Assembly: GCA_018896645.1 (NCBI GenBank) | Contig: JAHIMF010000041.1 | Coordinates: 1,980 to 65,979 of the forward strand | Source of the DNA: Patescibacteria group bacterium | GTDB taxonomy: Bacteria > Patescibacteriota > Patescibacteriia > UBA2591 > JABMQE01 | DNA: 64,000 nucleotides | Direction of reading: 5' to 3' | Shown here: in pieces, positions 10,787-20,931 of the stretch | How the letters are laid out: the number at the start of each line of letters is the position of its first letter | Numbering within the stretch: position 1 is the stretch's first letter | The notes under the pieces: model-generated | The model's input: the letters and a program-made list of their open reading frames with translations, nothing else | Told to the model about the DNA's origin: nothing | The model's database searches: none | Made by a program: the position numbers and the translations under genes

Positions 10787-11470
10787 ATGCTAGACAACTT
10801 GTTTGGATCGGGAGGAGCAACAACTTTATCCGTTGGAACAATTATTGTTAACATCACACTCACTTTTTTATTGACGTTTATTATCGCCCTGGTTTATAGA
10901 AAGACCCACAAAGGATTATCATATTCCCAATCATTTGTGTTTACTTTGGTGCTTTTGGGGGTATTAATTTGTGTAGTGATGATGGTAATTGGCAGCAGTG
11001 TAGCTCGGGCCTTTGGAGCCCTGGGCGCATTTTCTTTAATTCGTTTTAGAACGGCAGTTAAAGACACCAAGGATACGGCTTTTGTGTTTTTTGCGGTAGC
11101 TATCGGAATGGCGATTGGAACTAATAATTATCATATTGCCATAATTGGCGTGATAATTATTTCTTTTATCATATTAATTTTGTCCCGTATAAATTTTGGC
11201 TCAATCAGGAAATATGATTACATTCTAACTTTTATGAGCGATAGCGATAAGGTCGCTGATGGGGCCACAAAACCAATTTTTAGCAAGTATCTGAAAACAA
11301 GCAATCTTTTGAATGTCTCGGCAAAGGAACATGGCAAGATTTTGGAAATGACTTTTAATGTTAAATTTTTTAGCGAAGACGACAGGGACAACCTTCTTAA
11401 AGAACTCAATGCGATTGAAGGCGTGAGCGAGGTAAATTTAATTAGCGCTAAGAATGACATTGAGTATTGA
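10787..11470 (+). CDS. DUF4956 family membrane protein
   Basis: SYSQSF, AFGALGAFSLIRFRTAVKD signature; several TM helices plus a soluble C-terminal domain. Confidence 0.88.
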   Translation: MLDNLFGSGGATTLSVGTIIVNITLTFLLTFIIALVYRKTHKGLSYSQSFVFTLVLLGVLICVVMMVIGSSVARAFGALGAFSLIRFRTAVKDTKDTAFVFFAVAIGMAIGTNNYHIAIIGVIIISFIILILSRINFGSIRKYDYILTFMSDSDKVADGATKPIFSKYLKTSNLLNVSAKEHGKILEMTFNVKFFSEDDRDNLLKELNAIEGVSEVNLISAKNDIEY

Positions 11471-11521
11471 TAGATTAGGATTGTATTTTTGTAGGTTGGG
11501 ATTAAATTATAATTTACTTTC

Positions 11522-13132
11522 ATGAATATCTCATACAAAAGAAAAATAATCATCACTGCCCTGATTATTTTTTTATTGGCAGTGGCAGTGCGGTCAGCGC
11601 CGGTGGTTTATAAGAGGTACTCACATAAATTAAGTTATTATCATTTAGTTGCCGCGCGCAATCTGGCGGAAAGTGGAAAGTTTGCGGTTGAAAGCGAGAA
11701 GAATGTAGTTTTATCCAGCCACCGCATTGGGCAAGAAGGAGCAACGCCAAAAAATATCGCTCACGAGTACACGCCGGTTATCTACGGCTGGATTTTTAAA
11801 CTCTTTGGTTTTGGCCAAACCTATCCGCTGTATATTAGCATGGCTCTTTACGCGCTTGGCAATGTTTTGCTTTTTTTCTTGATTCTAAAAATTTTCAATT
11901 ATCGAGCGGCAATAATTTTTAGCATTATTGACATTTTATGCCCAATTATTATTGTCTGGTCAAACGTTGCCGGTTCTTATGATCTGGCAATGTTTTTTTT
12001 CATTTTGGCGCTATTTGCATATTTTTATCAAGAGAAAGCAAAGCCACATTTATTGGTAATTTCCGGTTTGCTTTTAGGGGTGGCGGCATTATGCAGAACT
12101 CCGTTTTTGTTTTCCGTTATTCCCCTCGCGTCATACGAGTTAATCCAAAATCGTTCGCTCCGCCGTTTTTTTATTTTTACCATCCCGTTTAGCCTGGTAT
12201 TTTTAGGGCTTTTTGGTTTTAATTTTTTATTTAGCAGCCATAGCGGTGCGCCGGTTGGAGCCGTAAATTTTGACGGGCATTTATTTAGAGACCCTTATAC
12301 TTTTCATTTTGAGAAAGAAAAGTATTTTCAACAAGTCGGGGCGTCCAATAATGCCGATATGATCGGCTACCTTAGAGCTTATGGCCAACATTTAAGCTTA
12401 AAACAGCAGTTATGGTTTAGAATTAGCTCTGCTCGTTACTATTTAATATATACTTTTAGATTGATTACTTTTGGCGGCGTTGTAATGGTTTTTTTAGCCG
12501 GACTGGGTTTTTATTACCTATTTAAAATTAAAAAAAATCTTTTTTGGTTGGCTTTAATTTGGTTGATATCATGTTTCGGCATTCACATATTAATTGGAAC
12601 CTCAAACCACGATCATTTTTTGGAAGTTCGTTTTCCGGTAATTCTTTTAATGACTGGCGGTTTTCTGTTATTTTTTCAGTTCATTGAAAAACAAAAAATT
12701 CCAACCAAGACCGTAAATATTCTTTTTGTGCTGATTATGACCGTGGTCGTTTTACACTTGACAGAAGCAAACAAATGGTCGTTTCACGAGATGTATAGTA
12801 ATTCAGAAAGTAGCCAGCTTAAAGAGGTTATTGACATTTTGAAAGAACATCGGGATGAAATGAGCGATAGCGATGTTGTTGCCGTTAGTTTTTCTGAAGT
12901 CGCGCCAATTATTTTTAATTATTATACTAATAAAAGTTTTGTTTATTTCGCGCCGGAGACAATCCAAGAATTAATCAAACAGAATAAATTGCAAGATGGT
13001 TTTGATTATTTTGGGGTAACTAAGATTGTTGGCTATAGTCCAGCTTTTTCAGATGAGATTATGAAAAATGCTCGAGTTGGAAATATTACTTCATATGTAC
13101 CCGAAGAATGTACATTGTATTCGACGTATTAA
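11522..13132 (+). CDS. GT-C fold (ArnT/PMT-like, GT39/83) membrane glycosyltransferase
   Basis: Multi-TM protein with ARNL loop, P..Y motif and GLLLGVAALCR segment. Confidence 0.75.
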   Translation: MNISYKRKIIITALIIFLLAVAVRSAPVVYKRYSHKLSYYHLVAARNLAESGKFAVESEKNVVLSSHRIGQEGATPKNIAHEYTPVIYGWIFKLFGFGQTYPLYISMALYALGNVLLFFLILKIFNYRAAIIFSIIDILCPIIIVWSNVAGSYDLAMFFFILALFAYFYQEKAKPHLLVISGLLLGVAALCRTPFLFSVIPLASYELIQNRSLRRFFIFTIPFSLVFLGLFGFNFLFSSHSGAPVGAVNFDGHLFRDPYTFHFEKEKYFQQVGASNNADMIGYLRAYGQHLSLKQQLWFRISSARYYLIYTFRLITFGGVVMVFLAGLGFYYLFKIKKNLFWLALIWLISCFGIHILIGTSNHDHFLEVRFPVILLMTGGFLLFFQFIEKQKIPTKTVNILFVLIMTVVVLHLTEANKWSFHEMYSNSESSQLKEVIDILKEHRDEMSDSDVVAVSFSEVAPIIFNYYTNKSFVYFAPETIQELIKQNKLQDGFDYFGVTKIVGYSPAFSDEIMKNARVGNITSYVPEECTLYSTY

Positions 13133-13138
13133 ATAAAA

Positions 13139-13235
13139 GAGGTTACGCACTTTGATTATTTTTGGCTAAAATTAGTCAATAATAAAATTATTCGAGGTGT
13201 TAATATTAGCAAAATTTTTAATACTGCGTAACTTC
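13139..13235. mobile_element. MITE-like 97-bp element
   Basis: GAGGTTACGCA (13139-13149) and TGCGTAACTTC (13225-13235) are inverted repeats (10/11) around a non-coding AT-rich core. Confidence 0.5.
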
Positions 13236-13251
13236 GGTAGATAAAAAAGCC

Positions 13252-14712
13252 ATGGCTCGTATTGTACTAATAAACCCACAATTTAATTTACCAAGAAATA
13301 CCTATGATGAATCTTTGAACATGGGTATTATGTCAATTGCAAGCTATCTTGACGCTCATGGTTTGGATACAAAAATTCTTGATCAGGCGCGGCAGCGGAC
13401 ATTTTGGGATAGCTTGGGTAGGGAGTTAGCAGATGCTGAATATGTTGGTTTATCGGTCATGACGACTCAAATTCCAAATGCTTTAAAAGTAACCAGAGAA
13501 ATAAAAAAAAATAACCCAAATGTCAAAATTATTTGGGGTGGTATTCATCCAACGTTATTCCCCCGAGAAACAGTTGCCGAACCATTGATTGATTTTGTTG
13601 TTTATGGAGAAGGTGAAGTGCCATTACTTAAGCTCATACGCGGCGTTTCCATGGCAGAAATTAAAGGTTTGGGATATAAACATGATACTAAATGTATTAC
13701 TAACCCCCCAGGCGAGCTGTTTGATCTTAACGAGCTGCCGGTGTATAATTGGAATTTATTGCCTCAAGAGATACTTGAAAAAATGTCGCTTGTTCCGTTG
13801 GCAATGAGTCGTGGTTGCCCCCACCGATGCGCCTTTTGCATAAACACCATTACCAAAAACAAATGGCGAAGCATGTCGTTGCCCAAAATTATTGAGAATT
13901 TGCGATTGGTTAAAAAATCCCCCTATCTTAGAGGTAAATATGCTTCGTTTTCATTTGAAGAAAATTTTTTTGTCAATAAAGAACGTGTCAAAGAGATATG
14001 TAAGGCGATTATTTCAGAGTCGCTTTTAGTAGAATGGGAGGCTCCTTGTCGGGCTGATTATATTCGTGAAGGGTTTGTTGATGATGAACTTTTAACCTTA
14101 TTAAAAAGAGCCGGTTTACGGCGGATGGGCATTGGCGCCGAGTCGGGTTCAAATAGAGTACTTGCTCTTATTAAAAAAGATTTAACAGCCGAACAGACAA
14201 TTTATGCCAATCAAAAATTAGCTGAACATGGAATCAGTCCTTATTATGGTTTTATGGTGGGTTTACCTGGTGAGACTTGGGATGATGTGATTGCTACGTT
14301 AAATCTTATCGATCGAATCAAAAAAGATAATCCCCAGGCAGAAATTATGGGACCCCAGCCATTTCGGTTATATCCGGGCTCAGAATTATATAATGAGTGT
14401 ATTAATTTGGGCTGGAAGTCGCCGAAAAGCCTTAACGAATGGAAAAAAGTAATTAATGAGGAGCTTAATTATTTAAATATGAAAAATTATCCTTGGGTTA
14501 AAAATCCTGCAGTTATTGAAGCAATTGATGCATATGCCCGCTTTGGTTCAAATTCTTTCCGACAAGCCATGGCATTAGGTGTTAGCGCTCCCCGCATTTT
14601 TAAATTTTTGTTTGCTGTTATATGTAAAATTCGTTGGAAACTAAGGTTTTTTCGTTTCCCTTATGAATACCTTTTAGCGAAAAAATTAGTGACACTTTTT
14701 TCGCGAAATTAG
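13252..14712 (+). CDS. Cobalamin-binding radical SAM protein (paralog 3)
   Basis: WGGIHPT, GEGE, SRGCPHRCAFC, GAESGS. Confidence 0.92.
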   Translation: MARIVLINPQFNLPRNTYDESLNMGIMSIASYLDAHGLDTKILDQARQRTFWDSLGRELADAEYVGLSVMTTQIPNALKVTREIKKNNPNVKIIWGGIHPTLFPRETVAEPLIDFVVYGEGEVPLLKLIRGVSMAEIKGLGYKHDTKCITNPPGELFDLNELPVYNWNLLPQEILEKMSLVPLAMSRGCPHRCAFCINTITKNKWRSMSLPKIIENLRLVKKSPYLRGKYASFSFEENFFVNKERVKEICKAIISESLLVEWEAPCRADYIREGFVDDELLTLLKRAGLRRMGIGAESGSNRVLALIKKDLTAEQTIYANQKLAEHGISPYYGFMVGLPGETWDDVIATLNLIDRIKKDNPQAEIMGPQPFRLYPGSELYNECINLGWKSPKSLNEWKKVINEELNYLNMKNYPWVKNPAVIEAIDAYARFGSNSFRQAMALGVSAPRIFKFLFAVICKIRWKLRFFRFPYEYLLAKKLVTLFSRN

Positions 14713-14732
14713 TAGATAATATCAAAAAATCG

Positions 14733-15566
14733 TTATTTCTTTCTAAACACTATTTCTATCTTAGCAGCATTCAAATCGCGAGGATTTATATTTTCTAAAC
14801 CCATTAAAATATCATCATGAATTTTAACCTTAATTTGAGCTGCCTGGCTTTTGATGCTTTTTATTTCAAAATCGTATTTTTGGGCTAACTTCCTGTAATG
14901 TGGCAGGAGCTTTCGATTCATAAAGCAAGTTTTTTGATCGTTCACTCTTTTCCATGTTTTTGGGGAGTATTGCAGATGACGAAATTTATTATTGAATAAG
15001 AATTTTAGAAGTGGCAGAGAGCTGAATGGGTAATACAGATGGTCAACAAAATCTACGACATGGTACATAGTACCACTATTTTTTAGCCATTGATTAAAAT
15101 TTTTAAAAATTTGGTTTAAGTCTGGTATATGTTCAAGTGTTGTATGTGAGAATATGGTATCAATTTTCCCATTGTAGTCAGATAACAAATTTTTTTCATC
15201 AGCACCTTTTTTATAGATTTTTATTTTTCCAAAAAGTTCTTCCTTAACAATTTTATCAGGGAATAATTTTTCAATCTCAACTGCATACTGCGTGAGTTGC
15301 TTGGTTGCATTTTTGTCAATGCAGGGTTCTATGACAATAACTTTTTTGGCACCAGAATAGATGAGGTACAAAGCCGTATAGAGTTGATTACCAGCCCCAA
15401 CTTCAATAACAGTTTTGTTCGGGACGGACAAGGCATTAACATATTGTTCAGCAATAGCTACAAAAGACTTGGCACTTTTTGGTTTAGCTATTTTTTTTTT
15501 CAAGAAATAAAATAATTTTGGATTAAATTTTTTTCTAATTAAACGATATATAAGGTCAGGTATCAT
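14733..15566 (-). CDS. Class I SAM-dependent methyltransferase
   Basis: VIEVGAG motif I, FSHTTLEHI, LKNSG. ATG at 15566; a TTG at 15575 is an alternative start. Confidence 0.8.
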   Translation of the reverse strand: MIPDLIYRLIRKKFNPKLFYFLKKKIAKPKSAKSFVAIAEQYVNALSVPNKTVIEVGAGNQLYTALYLIYSGAKKVIVIEPCIDKNATKQLTQYAVEIEKLFPDKIVKEELFGKIKIYKKGADEKNLLSDYNGKIDTIFSHTTLEHIPDLNQIFKNFNQWLKNSGTMYHVVDFVDHLYYPFSSLPLLKFLFNNKFRHLQYSPKTWKRVNDQKTCFMNRKLLPHYRKLAQKYDFEIKSIKSQAAQIKVKIHDDILMGLENINPRDLNAAKIEIVFRKK

Positions 15567-15654
15567 TTTAGCCAAATATAAGATTAAATTTTTAAAAAAT
15601 TGTTGGATAGAGAAGGACTGTAGAACCAGAAAGACACAAGTGAATAGTTTAGGA

Positions 15655-16659
15655 CTAGGAGTCTGGCAATGAGACCGGGGAGCATGGTTTCTTTTTTAAC
15701 ATTATAACAGCATATATTATCAATGTCATTAGTGGAATAAATAGCAACATAACGACTCTTTGGCCGACGAGGAATGTACTAATATCTTCAGGAGCAATAG
15801 CAATTACTTTAAGAATAACAAACCAGCCAGCCTCAAAAATACCAATTCCACCAGGAGTAAAAGATATAAATAAGGCGAGCTGGGTGATAGGAATACTCAT
15901 GATGACAACACCGAGAGGAATGTTGATATTAAAAGTTTTAAAAAGAAGATAAAAGAGTAAACCTCGAGAAAGAAATTTCACAAATGAAATAAGAACCAGT
16001 TTAATAGAGAAGGGCTTAGTAAAAACAATACTTTGGGTTTCATCAAGTAGTTTTGCAGTATCAATCCTTTTTTGCAAGAAAGGGATTTTTTTTATAACCC
16101 TTATAGCTAGTTTGTAAAGAATAAAAAGGAGATGACTGACATCTTTGTTAATAAAAATGATAAAAACGATAAGTAACGCAATAGCCAAACAAGAAAGCGC
16201 CAGTGCTAAGCCCAGGCTGATAATGTTAAGAAAAAAGAGAAGAGATGGTACGACTACCAGTAAAAGGTTTATAAGATCAAAAATTCGTTCAATTAGGGTA
16301 GCGCTAGTTGCTTTAAAGAGAGATATTTTTTTAGAAGCTTTCAGAGCGGCGACCCTGGCGGTAAAACTGACTGGTTCATGAATAGTAAAGGAGCCGATCA
16401 AAAAGCTAAGTGTGTAGTAAAAGAAATATTCGATAAAAGACATGACTTTTGCTTTTTGGACATAGTTAACAATCAGCCCCCAGCGGTAGGAGAACAGGCC
16501 ACACATAATAAGAGAAGTAAAAAAAGAAAGAGTAAGATACGTAATATTTACTCCCAGCAATGAGCGCCAGGAGAAGTCTTTGTTAATATAAAGTATGAAG
16601 CCAAAAATTATAAGACCAAGGAGCAATAAAAGAATTTTTTTAGTAGTTATCTTTTTCAT
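15655..16659 (-). CDS. Flippase-like (lysylphosphatidylglycerol synthase TM / UPF0104) protein
   Basis: RW after TM2, ERIFD, TPGGIGIFEA motifs. Confidence 0.85.
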   Translation of the reverse strand: MKKITTKKILLLLLGLIIFGFILYINKDFSWRSLLGVNITYLTLSFFTSLIMCGLFSYRWGLIVNYVQKAKVMSFIEYFFYYTLSFLIGSFTIHEPVSFTARVAALKASKKISLFKATSATLIERIFDLINLLLVVVPSLLFFLNIISLGLALALSCLAIALLIVFIIFINKDVSHLLFILYKLAIRVIKKIPFLQKRIDTAKLLDETQSIVFTKPFSIKLVLISFVKFLSRGLLFYLLFKTFNINIPLGVVIMSIPITQLALFISFTPGGIGIFEAGWFVILKVIAIAPEDISTFLVGQRVVMLLFIPLMTLIIYAVIMLKKKPCSPVSLPDS

Positions 16660-16751
16660 ATTCTAGGAGGTTTGCTATAAAAGAAGCATTGGGTTATAAT
16701 TCGAGAAAGAAGAAGAGATGTCATGAGATTTTTTATAAGTTCTAATAAACA

Positions 16752-17618
16752 ATGATAATAGATCAAGAATTGACAAAAAAAATTGAAGCTTACTGCGATT
16801 CTTATATTGAAGGATCTGGTAGTATCGCCGCAGTATGCGGAGCAGGAGGAAAAGATCGTCATGTCCAAGCAATAATAGATAACTATGTGGGTAAGATTTT
16901 GATTAGATTATTAAAAAGGATAGATAAAATCAGCAATAAAAAGATTTTAGATTATGGTTGCGGTCTTGGGGGTTCAATTGTGGCATTTGAAGAAGAAGGG
17001 TTTAATGCGATTGGGGCCGAAGTTGATGCAAAGGCAGTGGAAATTTGCAAAATGAGGGTAAAAAATATTCAGAATATAATTCAAATTTCAGAAAACGGCC
17101 TGCCTTTCAAAGATGCCAGTTTTGATATAGTAACTAGCCAATTAGTGATAGAACACACGAAGGATCCCAATAAGTATCTCTTTGAAGCACTAAGAGTTTT
17201 AAAGCCGGGGGGCAAATTTTTACTAATCGCGCCTAATTATCTTTTTCCCTGGGAGGGTCATTATCGGGTGTTTTGGTTGCCGTATTTATTTCCTGTTTCT
17301 AAGAGATTATTTAAAGTTTACTTAAAGTTACGAGGAAGGGATTCTCGGTTAATAGATTACGTCAATCTTAAGATAACCCCAGGTTATATAAAAAAAACAC
17401 TAAGGGGGATAGGCTCTTTTACTATTGAAGACATGAGTGTTGATATTTTCAAAGAGAAACTGACAAGCCCTAAGGAAATTCCACTACCAATGGTTGCCAA
17501 TTTTTTTAGTAAGACCAGAACCAATCCTTTAGTAAAACTTTTCATCAGTTTTTTTATTGCTACCATCAAAATTAGCAAACTCTATTATCCAATGATATTG
17601 GTGATAAACAAGACTTAG
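16752..17618 (+). CDS. Class I SAM-dependent methyltransferase
   Basis: ILDYGCGLG, LPFKDASFD, VIEH, RVLKPGG. Confidence 0.9.
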   Translation: MIIDQELTKKIEAYCDSYIEGSGSIAAVCGAGGKDRHVQAIIDNYVGKILIRLLKRIDKISNKKILDYGCGLGGSIVAFEEEGFNAIGAEVDAKAVEICKMRVKNIQNIIQISENGLPFKDASFDIVTSQLVIEHTKDPNKYLFEALRVLKPGGKFLLIAPNYLFPWEGHYRVFWLPYLFPVSKRLFKVYLKLRGRDSRLIDYVNLKITPGYIKKTLRGIGSFTIEDMSVDIFKEKLTSPKEIPLPMVANFFSKTRTNPLVKLFISFFIATIKISKLYYPMILVINKT

Positions 17619-17620
17619 AC

Positions 17621-18784
17621 TTATTTTAAGCACGATTGAAGGACTTTTTCTGTTGTTCGAGCTACGTATTGAGCATCCGAACCAGACATTTTAGGAGTGA
17701 GTGGCAAAGATATAGTAGCCTTTGAGACTTTCTCACTTACAGGAAAATCACCAATGTGATAGCTCAAATCTTTTTTATAGAATGGATGGAGATGAATAGC
17801 TTTATAATGAATTGCGGCACCGATGCCTTGCGTGTTAAGCTTTTCAATAATCTTATTTCTTGCAAATTTAAATTTTGATAGATCTAGAATGAGCACATAA
17901 AGATGCAAGGCGTGGCGGTTTTTTTGAATATCAGAAGGTCGGTATTGGAGCCTAAGATAGTCTAGTTTTGAAAATACATTGTCATAGATTTTGGCATAGG
18001 CCTCTCTTGTTTTGAGGAATTTATTGATTTTATTAAGTTGATGGAGGCCCAAAGAAGCTTGGATATCCGTCATGTTATATTTATAGCCGGGATAGATAAT
18101 TTCACTTAAGATTAATTTTTTACTCTCATATCTTTTCCAAGCATCAGTGCTTAAGCCATGCAATCTTAGTATTTTAATCTTTTCCGCTATTTTTTCATCA
18201 TTAGTAGTAATCATACCACCTTCACCCGTGGTTATATTTTTGTTTGCATAAAAGCTAAAGCATGTCAGGTTACCAAAACTACCAATTTTTTTTCCTTTAT
18301 ATTTGGCACCTACTGCATGAGCCGCATCTTCAATAATTATTAAATTGTATTTTTTAGCGATTTTTTTTATTTTATCCATATCGCAAGGCAGTCCTCCGAA
18401 ATGGACCGGAATAATCGCTTTAGTTTTTGGAGTAATTTTAGCCTCAATTAAATTCGGATTGATATTTAATGTCTTAAGTTCAATATCCGCGAGGATTGGT
18501 CTGGCGCCCACATGTTTAATGACATTTACTGTGGCGGCAAATGTTAGAGGAGTGGTGATTACCTCATCTCCCGGACCAATATTTGAAACTAACAGCCCAA
18601 GGTGAAGAGCGGCAGTGCAGGAGTTTACTGCCAATGCATATTTAGCTCCCACATATTTCGCAAAGTTTTTTTCAAACCTAAAACACTTCGGGCCGGTCCC
18701 TATCCAACCTGATTTTAAAGTGTCAACCACCTCATTAATTTCCTCGTCACCAATAAAAGGTGCGCCAAAAATTATTTTTTTCAT
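17621..18784 (-). CDS. DegT/DnrJ/EryC1/StrS NDP-sugar aminotransferase
   Basis: NSCTAALH, IIEDAAHA, FSFYANKNITTGEGG (PLP lysine). Confidence 0.93.
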   Translation of the reverse strand: MKKIIFGAPFIGDEEINEVVDTLKSGWIGTGPKCFRFEKNFAKYVGAKYALAVNSCTAALHLGLLVSNIGPGDEVITTPLTFAATVNVIKHVGARPILADIELKTLNINPNLIEAKITPKTKAIIPVHFGGLPCDMDKIKKIAKKYNLIIIEDAAHAVGAKYKGKKIGSFGNLTCFSFYANKNITTGEGGMITTNDEKIAEKIKILRLHGLSTDAWKRYESKKLILSEIIYPGYKYNMTDIQASLGLHQLNKINKFLKTREAYAKIYDNVFSKLDYLRLQYRPSDIQKNRHALHLYVLILDLSKFKFARNKIIEKLNTQGIGAAIHYKAIHLHPFYKKDLSYHIGDFPVSEKVSKATISLPLTPKMSGSDAQYVARTTEKVLQSCLK

Positions 18785-18824
18785 AATAATCCTTTTATAA
18801 AAGTAAATAAAAAAGACTAAAATC

Positions 18825-19595
18825 CTAAAGCCAGAAATGATAAAAATTTTCTTTTTTTTCTAATCGGTATCCACATTTTTCATATAATCTGCAAGCTGCA
18901 GTGTTTGCTTCTTGAGTAATGACCTGTCCAAACTTATATTTATGAGAGATGAACCAGGATTGAGCAGACTTAACTAAAGATGTACCTAAACCCATTCCTC
19001 TCGCATTGGGGCTAACAGCAATTAAACCAATGTCTCCTCTATTATTTTTTTTGCCTAAGGTAATCATTCCAACAATTTTGCCTTTTTTTTTGGTAACTAG
19101 TACAGCATCTGCTATGGTTTTGTTCAGTGAATTGGTTATCCAAATTTTATACAGAGCCTCAAATTTTTTTTTGCTGATTTTCTGATCAACATTATATCTT
19201 GAGTAGAGACCGGCTTGGATTGCAAGATTTTTTAGTTCCGTATTTGGTAAGTTTTTATTGTGTTCCTCGACTTTGATATTTAATTGTAAATGTTTAACGG
19301 GTATTTTTTTTAGATTGATGATGTAGATTACTTTACGATCTGCAAGAAATCCGTTTAGGGTTTCTGCCGCTTTTTGAGAAGCCTCATCAGTACTATCAGA
19401 TGCCCAGTAGACTAAAGAAACCCTACTCTTCCTTAAACTTGTAAGGATTTTTTTCAGTGAATTTAAGTTTAGTTTATTAGGTATGATTTTTGCCACAGTA
19501 AACCCGAAAAAATCAGTGTCCCATTTAAGTATCTCCCATTCTGGATTTTGTTGATTTTTAATAGTAGTTTTTTTCAATTTTTTATGTGGGTTCAT
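18825..19595 (-). CDS. WecD/RffC-like NDP-4-amino-sugar N-acetyltransferase (GNAT)
   Basis: LKWDTDFFG, SRY, LYKIWI, IGLIAV..ARGMGLG, TQ..N..A.RLYEKCGY. Confidence 0.82.
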   Translation of the reverse strand: MNPHKKLKKTTIKNQQNPEWEILKWDTDFFGFTVAKIIPNKLNLNSLKKILTSLRKSRVSLVYWASDSTDEASQKAAETLNGFLADRKVIYIINLKKIPVKHLQLNIKVEEHNKNLPNTELKNLAIQAGLYSRYNVDQKISKKKFEALYKIWITNSLNKTIADAVLVTKKKGKIVGMITLGKKNNRGDIGLIAVSPNARGMGLGTSLVKSAQSWFISHKYKFGQVITQEANTAACRLYEKCGYRLEKKENFYHFWL

Positions 19596-20778
19596 TTTTT
19601 TCTATTAAAGATTTATAATATTTTGCAATTTTAGGTATAATTTTTTTTTGTGAATGATGCAAGGTAACATAATCCAAGGCATTGCTTTCTATTCCAATTT
19701 TAAGATTTTTGTCTTGGATTAATTTAGTAATAACTTGAGCTAGGTCGGCAATATCTTTTTCTTTAACTAAAAATCCATTATAGCCATTTTTAATAATTTC
19801 TGGCAGGCCGCCAGTAGCAAAAGCAACGGCAGGCAAGCCAGAAGCCATGGCTTCCAGGGGAGTAATTCCTTGAGGTTCGCCTTTTCCTTGATAGGTTATA
19901 GACGGTATCACCAGGATATCGGCAAGATTATATATTTCAGGTAATTTTTTGTGGGCTATGCTTCCTAAAAAAAGAACTTTTTTTTCTAGATTATTCTCTT
20001 TAATCTTGTTTTCTAAAATTTCTTTTTGAGAACCGTCTCCAACATAGACAAGTTTGAGAGGAGTGCTCGGATTCCCTTTAATTATCTTTAATAATGCTAA
20101 TAGGGGGTAGATTACTCCTTTTCTTTCAGTCATTCTGGAAACGCACAGAACAACAAAATCTTCTTTATTAATAGAAAGTTTTTCCCTATTTATTTTTTTG
20201 AGCTCTAAATTGGGACGAAAGACAGAGGTATCTATAAAATTGTTTATCCTAACGATTTTTTTAGGATTGATATTTTTTGAGATAAGATCATCATCTATGT
20301 ATTTTGCGGTCGAGGTAATGAGTGTTGCTCGCCCGTAGGCCTTTATTATTTTTTTTAAAAAATATTTTTTAAGGGTTTTGTCGCGGCTTAAATATTCTGA
20401 TGATTCTATAAAGCCGTGAGCAGAAAGAATCAGCGGTTTTTTTAATAGCCGAGTTAAGGGATAGCTGACATTCGCCGCTGAAAAGTCCATAGCATGAACT
20501 ATGTCGTATCTTTTACTGATGAAAGCTTTGTAAATATTAAAAAGCAACAAAGATTTATTTAATTGATAGGCAATAATGGTTAACAGTGATGATTTTTTTA
20601 AAAAGCGGGTAATAGTTGTGACAAAATTATTTTTTGTGGTGGCCATCTTTTTTATACCGAAAGCACTGATTATATCCACATCATGCCCTAAATCTTTAAG
20701 TCCTAAAGAAAGGACGTTCATGTATACAACCAATCCTCCTTCATGGGGCCTAGTATTTGTGCAAATACAAATTTTCAT
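19582..20778 (-). CDS. Glycosyltransferase family 4
   Basis: EPQGITPLEAMASG, RKG, SAHG. Confidence 0.9.
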   Translation of the reverse strand: MKICICTNTRPHEGGLVVYMNVLSLGLKDLGHDVDIISAFGIKKMATTKNNFVTTITRFLKKSSLLTIIAYQLNKSLLLFNIYKAFISKRYDIVHAMDFSAANVSYPLTRLLKKPLILSAHGFIESSEYLSRDKTLKKYFLKKIIKAYGRATLITSTAKYIDDDLISKNINPKKIVRINNFIDTSVFRPNLELKKINREKLSINKEDFVVLCVSRMTERKGVIYPLLALLKIIKGNPSTPLKLVYVGDGSQKEILENKIKENNLEKKVLFLGSIAHKKLPEIYNLADILVIPSITYQGKGEPQGITPLEAMASGLPAVAFATGGLPEIIKNGYNGFLVKEKDIADLAQVITKLIQDKNLKIGIESNALDYVTLHHSQKKIIPKIAKYYKSLIEKNEPT

Positions 20779-20863
20779 AATATTATGCTATGATTTAAAA
20801 TGAAACATAAACGCATTAGTGGTGAGTAGCACTTAATCGGCAAATAAATTGTAAATCTCTTAT

Positions 20864-20925
20864 AGTATACGATTTATTCGGCGCTACGTCAACACATTGA
20901 CAATGGAATTAGAGCATTATATAGT
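20864..20925. promoter_or_regulatory. Back-to-back sigma70 promoters
   Basis: Plus strand: TTGACA (20897-20902), 17 nt, TATAGT (20920-20925). Minus strand: TTGACG (20892-20887), 17 nt, TATACT (20869-20864). Confidence 0.7.
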
Positions 20926-20931
20926 TAAGCT

